A DNA stretch of 11,820 nucleotides. It comes from Candidatus Methanomethylicia archaeon. GTDB lineage: Archaea > Thermoproteota > Methanomethylicia > CALHIW01. The notes beneath the pieces were generated by a model. The model had not been told where the DNA came from and made no database searches. It worked only from the letters and a program-made list of their open reading frames with translations. The translations under genes were made by a program, and so were the position numbers. The DNA lies in assembly GCA_038845975.1 (NCBI GenBank), contig JAWBQF010000051.1, positions 1-11,820 of the forward strand, in the 5' to 3' direction. Shown here piece after piece: positions 6,228 to 11,820 of the stretch (positions are counted from its first letter, which is position 1; every line of letters begins with the position of its first letter).

Positions 6228-8570
6228 TTACCTCTTAAACTTCTTTTTTAACATTTTCCACTCATTGAATATTTCCTCTACTCTTCTAGGAACATCTTCA
6301 TCTGGAACATTAAGTATTTCCGCTGCCCTCCTCAATATACTCCACTTATCCTCTAAATACTTAATAGCAGCTTTACCTGAGCAGAACTCAATTCTAACAA
6401 TTCCATCCTGTATTCTCTTCGTCCTCATAATAGTTATAAATCCCACTTCTCCTGTTGATTTGCAATGTATTCCTCCACATGCTTCAACATCAACACCAGG
6501 AATCTCAACTATTCTAACCTCTCTACTTGGTACTGCTCCACCCTGATAAATAATGAATCCATACTTTAACTCAGCTTCTCTTCTTGGAATTGTTTGAATA
6601 ATAACTGGATAATTCTCCAATACTATCTGGTTTGCAGCTTCCTCAATTCTTTTAATCTGATTATCTGTTAATGCTTGGTAATGTGTTATGTCTAACCTTG
6701 CCTTCTCAGGTGTTTTCTCAGCTCCATGCTGCCAAACCCATGAACCCAAAACCATGCGTGAAGCAGCATTAACTATATGTGTAGCTGTATGATGTCTTCT
6801 TAAAGCTTCCCTCCTCTCCCTATCAATAACTCCATGTACAGTAACGCCCTCACTAAAGCTTAAGGGATTTTCAACCCTATGGAGAATAACATTACCTATT
6901 TTTACTACTTCAAATACTCTTTTACCGTTAATCAATCCTTCATCATGTAGCTGCCCACCAGCTGTAGGATAAAATAGAGTTTGGTCAAGTACAATGTATT
7001 CTCCAATAATCTTAATGATTTTAGCATCAAAATCATAGGAGTATGGATACTCATAGAAGAGATTTCTTGTTGCAGGAATACCCTCTACAGGTATCTGTTT
7101 GGTCTCTTCATGCCTTAACGGCTCATTCCTCCTAGTAATCATATTGTAAAAGTCTGGAGGAATCTCTATATTAGGTATCTTCATTCTTACTAACTCAGGG
7201 GTTATACCTTCAGATTCGTAAAGCATTATAAGAGTTTTAGTATCTAGCAGCTTACCAGACTTAGCTATCCTATCAATAACTCTAGTTGCACGATCCTTTG
7301 CAGCTTTAAACCTACTAGTCTCTACATCTAGAATTTCCTGTATCTCATTTAAATGCTCCTCCAATTCGGGAGCTAGAGGTTTAAGCTGTTTTGCATGCAT
7401 CTCCACAACATCAATAAGCTGAAAGCTCCAGTTAAAACTCTCAATAAAGCTTAATGCTCTACGTAGAACTACACGTAGATTATATCCTCCACCTATATTA
7501 CTAGGTATCATACCGTCAGCTATAGCGAAAGCTAATGTACGTGTATGATCACATATAGAGTAGAGAGCTTGAAGAGGCTCAATCACTTTTAGAAGCTCCC
7601 CATAATTGGATCCAAGATTTTCAGCTATAATCTTCCTTATAGTACTAATATCTTTAACCTCATCTATATTTAACATACCGGCAAGCCTATAGTAATCTAG
7701 AAGAAGCTTCTCATCAATCCTAACTCCACACATATCCTTCAGTCTTTCAAGAGTAGGCTGAAAGACAACATCATAGCTTGTAGGTGTACCATGTAGTAGC
7801 CATGGAAACCTTTCAAGGCCAGCACCCATATCCACTACTTTATAGGGCATATGTTTAAATCCATCTGGAGCTATTAGAAACTCTGTAAATACAGCATTAC
7901 CTAGCTCTAATCCACGAATAAAATACTCTAAAGAATAACCGAAAGCACCTGTTCCAACCCATAAATCCTCCAAGAAAACAACTTCCTCCGGCCTTATTTT
8001 AAAAACCTCTGTTAACATTTTATAATCCAGCTCTATACATCTATCCTTCCAATAGCCTTCCCTACCATTATATAGACTATGCTGCCCAATCATAACGAAG
8101 CATGTATAATGCTTACCAGTAACTCCTACGTTAGATATATCGTTAAAACGTAAACAGAACTGAGGAATAATTAAAGGGTTTGCTGGAAACTCGAAAACCA
8201 CGGTTCCATCTTCAAGCCTATAGAAGTCAACAATACTTGCAGCTGTAAAGAATAATGGTGGATACCACCTTGATACTACAGGATATCTACCTATACTTTC
8301 ATGTCCATGTTTAACAAAGAAATCCTCAATAGCCTTCCATACCCCAACATAATCAAGCCTTATACTAGTAGGAGAATTACCGATAAACTCATAGTAGCTA
8401 CATGGCTGATCTGGACATACATTTCTATTCTCATCTATAGTCCAAAATCCCCTACCACACTTTACACATGTTCTACGTTTAAACCCTAAATCCACTAGGA
8501 AATCAACTCTATAATACTTATCCCAATTCCTAGAGAAATACTCTCTTAAACCCTCCTTATTAACCATCAT
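6228..8570 (-). CDS. alaS: Alanine--tRNA ligase, archaeal type, lacking the C-terminal globular (DHHA1/C-Ala) subdomain
   Basis: N-terminal CxxC..CxxxxC, YPVVSRW, CLRFNDISNVG, DMGAGLER, DHTR, PSN.GGGYNLR, TLFYPTAGGQ, editing motifs HHTATH and ACGGIH, YQGGAVP, RIQDGIVRIEF. Start could be TTG 8576, ATG 8570 or ATG 8567. Confidence 0.97.
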   Translation of the reverse strand: MMVNKEGLREYFSRNWDKYYRVDFLVDLGFKRRTCVKCGRGFWTIDENRNVCPDQPCSYYEFIGNSPTSIRLDYVGVWKAIEDFFVKHGHESIGRYPVVSRWYPPLFFTAASIVDFYRLEDGTVVFEFPANPLIIPQFCLRFNDISNVGVTGKHYTCFVMIGQHSLYNGREGYWKDRCIELDYKMLTEVFKIRPEEVVFLEDLWVGTGAFGYSLEYFIRGLELGNAVFTEFLIAPDGFKHMPYKVVDMGAGLERFPWLLHGTPTSYDVVFQPTLERLKDMCGVRIDEKLLLDYYRLAGMLNIDEVKDISTIRKIIAENLGSNYGELLKVIEPLQALYSICDHTRTLAFAIADGMIPSNIGGGYNLRVVLRRALSFIESFNWSFQLIDVVEMHAKQLKPLAPELEEHLNEIQEILDVETSRFKAAKDRATRVIDRIAKSGKLLDTKTLIMLYESEGITPELVRMKIPNIEIPPDFYNMITRRNEPLRHEETKQIPVEGIPATRNLFYEYPYSYDFDAKIIKIIGEYIVLDQTLFYPTAGGQLHDEGLINGKRVFEVVKIGNVILHRVENPLSFSEGVTVHGVIDRERREALRRHHTATHIVNAASRMVLGSWVWQHGAEKTPEKARLDITHYQALTDNQIKRIEEAANQIVLENYPVIIQTIPRREAELKYGFIIYQGGAVPSREVRIVEIPGVDVEACGGIHCKSTGEVGFITIMRTKRIQDGIVRIEFCSGKAAIKYLEDKWSILRRAAEILNVPDEDVPRRVEEIFNEWKMLKKKFKR

Positions 8571-8601
8571 AATCAATCAGCCTAACTAAATATATATCAC
8601 A

Positions 8602-8609
8602 AATATAAA
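8602..8609 (-). promoter_or_regulatory. TATA box of alaS
   Basis: TTTATATT on the minus strand, 25-31 nt upstream of the first two candidate starts. Confidence 0.5.
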
Positions 8610-8780
8610 CTATACTTAAATATTTAATGTTAAACTATGCTAGCAACTATAAATTCATCTTGTTAGTAAGCCATTAGAAACTAAATGCTAAGAATCCTAT
8701 ATGAAGCTAACTCTATGTATTTCATATGAAATATATTTTAATGATTTAAGTCTGCAAAGATATGAGGCTATCAGTTAAGC

Positions 8781-8788
8781 TTTTATAC
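8781..8788 (+). promoter_or_regulatory. TATA box of marC (leaderless)
   Basis: AAGC-TTTTATAC about 20 nt upstream of ATG 8808; no SD. Confidence 0.45.
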
Positions 8789-8807
8789 GTTATATTACTT
8801 AGATGTT

Positions 8808-9392
8808 ATGTTACCTGATATTATTCAACCAATAGTTACACTATTCATAGTTTTAGACCCAATATCGAATTCCCCATACTTCTACATACTCACAAAGAAT
8901 ATGGATGGTAAAGAGAGAAATAAAATAATTATTGAAAGCGTATTTATTGCCTCACTAATTCTTCTATTCTTTGTTTTCGGTGGAGACGTAATCATGGAGA
9001 TGATGGGAGTAACTGTAGACGATTTTAGAATTGCTGGCGGAATGATATTATTAATCTATTCAATACTAGGACTACTGGAAATATTGAAACTACCAAAGTT
9101 TGAGGGGAGAAATATATCTGCAGTTCCAATGGCAACACCTCTACTAGCAGGACCGGGAGCAGTAACTATGGTTATATACATAAAGTATTCATGGGGGCTA
9201 CCAATAGGTATAATAAGCATACTAGTGAATAGCTTAATATCTCTACCAATATTATTAATTGGTAAACAAGCATTAGGAATTCTTGGAGAAAATGGAACAG
9301 TAATACTTGACAAGATAATGTCAATGCTTATGGCTGCTTATGGAGTATCAATAGTAAGAGAAGGAATAATAAACATGTTAAGACTAATTTGA
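8808..9392 (+). CDS. marC: MarC family integral membrane protein
   Basis: LFIVLDPISN.P, FRIAGGMILL, VPMATPLLAGPGA and LGENG..ILDKIM motifs; about 6 TM helices. Confidence 0.93.
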   Translation: MLPDIIQPIVTLFIVLDPISNSPYFYILTKNMDGKERNKIIIESVFIASLILLFFVFGGDVIMEMMGVTVDDFRIAGGMILLIYSILGLLEILKLPKFEGRNISAVPMATPLLAGPGAVTMVIYIKYSWGLPIGIISILVNSLISLPILLIGKQALGILGENGTVILDKIMSMLMAAYGVSIVREGIINMLRLI

Positions 9393-9807
9393 ATAGCTGT
9401 AAACAATACGTAATAATGAGTTTACTCCATAATTTAAAGGTATATGAACATAATAGTTAAATGTTGACTTAACATATCTTAAAAGCAGTAACTGTTTAGC
9501 ATAGTTTAGTAGTTAATGGTAACAAAGGAATATATTGTTAATGATTCTTATCATTGTGTTCTGTCAACTTTAGAAGTTTTATCACCTCTCTTATAATAGT
9601 ATTTAATTTTTCATTTCCTATCCACTATATGCATTAGTCATTTTCTAAATTCTCATTGGATTTCTCAAGAATCCTACATTTACTAACCTGATAACGTTTT
9701 AATATTCACGGTTATACTTTAGGGTTAAGAGTGAGATTAATGGGAGGCTAGTATGGTTATTGATTTTGAGCTGGTTAAGATTGCTGTGAAGTTATATAGC
9801 TATTAGG

Positions 9808-9825
9808 TATTCTACTAGTAGAATA
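9808..9825. repeat. Perfect 18-bp palindrome TATTCTACTAGTAGAATA
   Basis: Read directly; the sequence is its own reverse complement. Confidence 0.9.
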
Positions 9826-10067
9826 AGGATGTAGTAGCTTAAACTCTAAGATTATTCTATATTCACTATGCTTGTTGATGTATTATGACTGATTTTATTA
9901 TTGCTAAGTCATATTAAATACTAAAATTAATTGAATACATAGATGAAATAAAGGCTGCTATTCATTTAAATTTCAATCTAACTGATATCCTGTGGGCCTA
10001 TGGAAAGTATTATAATTGAAACTCCAATAACTATCATAATATGTAGTTATCATTCCCTATCCTGTGG

Positions 10068-10146
10068 ATAAGTAGGTTTAATCAAGCCGATTTTAAGATA
10101 TCATCCAACTCTAAAATATGAAGACAGCTTAACTAAGCCTACTTAT
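10068..10146. repeat. 79-bp element with 22-bp imperfect terminal inverted repeats
   Basis: ATAAGTAGGTTTAATCAAGCCG (10068-10089) versus the reverse complement of 10125-10146, ATAAGTAGGCTTAGTTAAGCTG: 18/22 match. Confidence 0.75.
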
Positions 10147-10161
10147 AACATTTATGATGTC

Positions 10162-10206
10162 TTGATTCCTATCGGAATTTTTTCAAAAAGATTTATATAA
10201 TTGGTT
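10162..10206 (+). promoter_or_regulatory. Promoter of the secreted-protein gene: ATTCC-N4-GGAAT palindrome (10165-10178), BRE CAAAAAG, TATA TTTATATA
   Basis: Canonical BRE-TATA about 30 nt upstream of ATG 10229, GGGG SD, and a palindrome shared with 139-152. Confidence 0.7.
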
Positions 10207-10228
10207 AGTATATTTATTCTGGGGCTCT

Positions 10229-11587
10229 ATGAGGTGGATTATTTCTATCCTTATAGTATTCCTCCTCTTAGCCTCCTTAACATATGCTTTAGGATTGAAT
10301 AGTAGAAGGGGTGTATTTATACTTTTTACTGATGAGTATGGTGGTTTGTTGAGTAATGCTAATATTATAGCGCAGATAGAAGGGTTCCCACTAGATAAGC
10401 CTTTTACAACCATTATTTATCGCGGTAGAGTTAATGGGAGTTCAATATTTATAGATTATGAGTTGATGAGGGATGTTGTGGAGAGCTGGATTAAAACATA
10501 TCCAAGCGATGAGGAGTCGAAGACAGCACTTCTTATCTCACTATGGATTGTTAGAGATGGTAAAGTATACAGCTTCCCACTAATAACAGTAAGCTACAAT
10601 CCATTAGAGGTTTCAAGAGGATTAGTAGGAAAAACAATAATCCTAGACTTCAAGTCAAATCTATGCATAACCAGAGAAGACCTAGAGGATAAGATAGGAG
10701 TAATGCAAGAATGCGTTATAGTATGGGATCCAGTTCCAGAACTATCATGGGAAACGTCAAGCTACATAGAAACACCAATACTAGTAATAAACAATCAAAA
10801 CTCATATAGTGGAGTAATAAATACTGGTATAAGCATAGTCGCAAACCAAATATCCGAATACAAAATAACACTAGTATTATGCAATAACCTCTCAGCCAAA
10901 CTATACCAGGGACAAATACCAAACATAAACCCAACAATATCAGGAACAAGCAAAAGCGGATACTACTACTATGGAAATAGTCGATATGTATATCCCCAGC
11001 AATCATATTATTTCTATGTTAAGGCCAGGATTGGTCATGCTCATTATAAGGAGGCTATATATTGTGGAGGATATCCATACTATACGGGTAAGGAGAAGAC
11101 TGAGGATTACGTTAAAGACATACAGACAAGTGGAAGCCAAATAATTGGTGGAGTAAAGCAGGGACTACCAGCATGCATAAATGAGATTCTAGATGGAAGC
11201 CAAGAGGAACAATGCATCATATCAAACACAGTATTAAGCGATGGAGACCTAGATGTTAATGAATTAATCTACCTTGGCCAAATCTTTGACTGGTATGATG
11301 TTTACGACCAGGATTTCGAGATAGGAATACCTGTAGGAGCAATACTATCTTATTACTTCGGTATAAGTGGTGCTGTAAAAGCATTCATGAATAGACTTAC
11401 AGTCACATTTTCATCAGGCCACTCAGCAGCAATATTCATAGTTGGATGGTTAGAAAATCTTGGGCAGGAGCAAGGCTCAGGATACAATATCTATGAGCTT
11501 ACATACATAAGAATTAGTAAGTATAGGTATGCTGCACCTCAAGGAACATTTAAAGTTCCTACAGGAGTATACTTTAAATGCGTTTAA
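10229..11587 (+). CDS. Secreted hypothetical protein (452 aa)
   Basis: Signal peptide-like start MRWIISILIVFLLLASLTYA, Tyr/Ser/Gly/Ile-rich body suggesting beta structure, several cysteines, clear promoter and SD. No family recognised. Confidence 0.8.
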   Translation: MRWIISILIVFLLLASLTYALGLNSRRGVFILFTDEYGGLLSNANIIAQIEGFPLDKPFTTIIYRGRVNGSSIFIDYELMRDVVESWIKTYPSDEESKTALLISLWIVRDGKVYSFPLITVSYNPLEVSRGLVGKTIILDFKSNLCITREDLEDKIGVMQECVIVWDPVPELSWETSSYIETPILVINNQNSYSGVINTGISIVANQISEYKITLVLCNNLSAKLYQGQIPNINPTISGTSKSGYYYYGNSRYVYPQQSYYFYVKARIGHAHYKEAIYCGGYPYYTGKEKTEDYVKDIQTSGSQIIGGVKQGLPACINEILDGSQEEQCIISNTVLSDGDLDVNELIYLGQIFDWYDVYDQDFEIGIPVGAILSYYFGISGAVKAFMNRLTVTFSSGHSAAIFIVGWLENLGQEQGSGYNIYELTYIRISKYRYAAPQGTFKVPTGVYFKCV

Positions 11588-11620
11588 CAATAATTTAATC
11601 TATTTATAGTGAATTAATCC

Positions 11621-11671
11621 TGTAGGCTTATCTTCCTAAGTTAGGACTGGCAACTTAAGAAGGAGGCTACA
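11621..11671 (+). repeat. Long imperfect hairpin downstream of the secreted-protein gene
   Basis: TGTAG/CTACA outer stem and TCTTCCTAAGTT/AACTTAAGAAGG inner stem (one G-U, one mismatch) around a 9-nt loop AGGACTGGC. Confidence 0.55.
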
Positions 11672-11779
11672 ATATGTTAAGCTGCTACATCTCTAGGCTG
11701 GATTATCTAATTGTTATGCTTATGTTATGGCTGAGTTATATTGCTTTTGATGGTTAGGATTTGTTGTGGGGTTATGTAG

Positions 11780-11820
11780 TTACTTCATTGTTTTTAAATC
11801 TTTTAGGATGTCTTCAGTTT
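11780..11820 (-). CDS. Possible 3' end of a minus-strand gene entering from the right edge
   Basis: Minus strand reads ...TEDILKDLKTMK* with A/C-rich codons like other gene 3' ends here. Too short to confirm. Confidence 0.3.
   Translation of the reverse strand, partial: TEDILKDLKTMK

Noticed and set aside
6050-6230. Small ORF as a frameshifted or readthrough continuation of alaS
   Set aside because: It repeats the preceding zipper segment rather than continuing into DHHA1, has its own ATG and SD, and no slippery site was evident.
6265-6546. 93-aa plus-strand ORF (also 8301-8489)
   Set aside because: Antisense shadows of alaS.
9056-9313. 85-aa minus-strand ORF
   Set aside because: Antisense shadow of marC.
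9742-9917. GGAGG plus ATG 9753 giving MVIDFELVKIAVKLYSY*, and later MTDFIIAKSY*, faintly like PIN-domain fragments
   Set aside because: The pieces are very short, separated by stops, and further apart than expected in a PIN domain; cannot be supported without a search.
10183-11006. Minus-strand ORFs 10183-10413 and 10716-11006
   Set aside because: Antisense to the 452-aa gene; the hydrophobicity of the second follows from the A/C-rich sense strand.

Overview
AT-rich window that looks archaeal: TATA/BRE promoters, several near-leaderless genes, an archaeal-type AlaRS and a thiolase-DUF35 pair. Left to right it holds the 5' end of a DCC-family (DxxCxxC) gene missed by the ORF track, about 1 kb of ORF-free hairpin-rich DNA, an archaeal P-loop ATPase with a C-terminal wHTH, thiolase-DUF35-RraA/HMG-aldolase, EamA, YhbY, alaS (minus strand), MarC, a second ORF-free palindrome-rich gap, and a 452-aa secreted protein of unknown function. 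The main finding is at alaS. The gene stops right after its helix-loop-helix zipper dimerisation helices, with no C-Ala globular domain. Four nucleotides later an unannotated 57-aa ORF begins that is a free-standing paralogue of that same zipper (17/39 identities, no gaps), a candidate partner or dominant-negative subunit of AlaRS. Second, two unrelated genes 10 kb apart share an ATTCC-N4-GGAAT palindrome ending exactly 50 nt upstream of their ATGs. Third, tandem G-run palindromes cover the ATPase promoter and start codon. All calls come from reading the sequence by eye; no searches were run.
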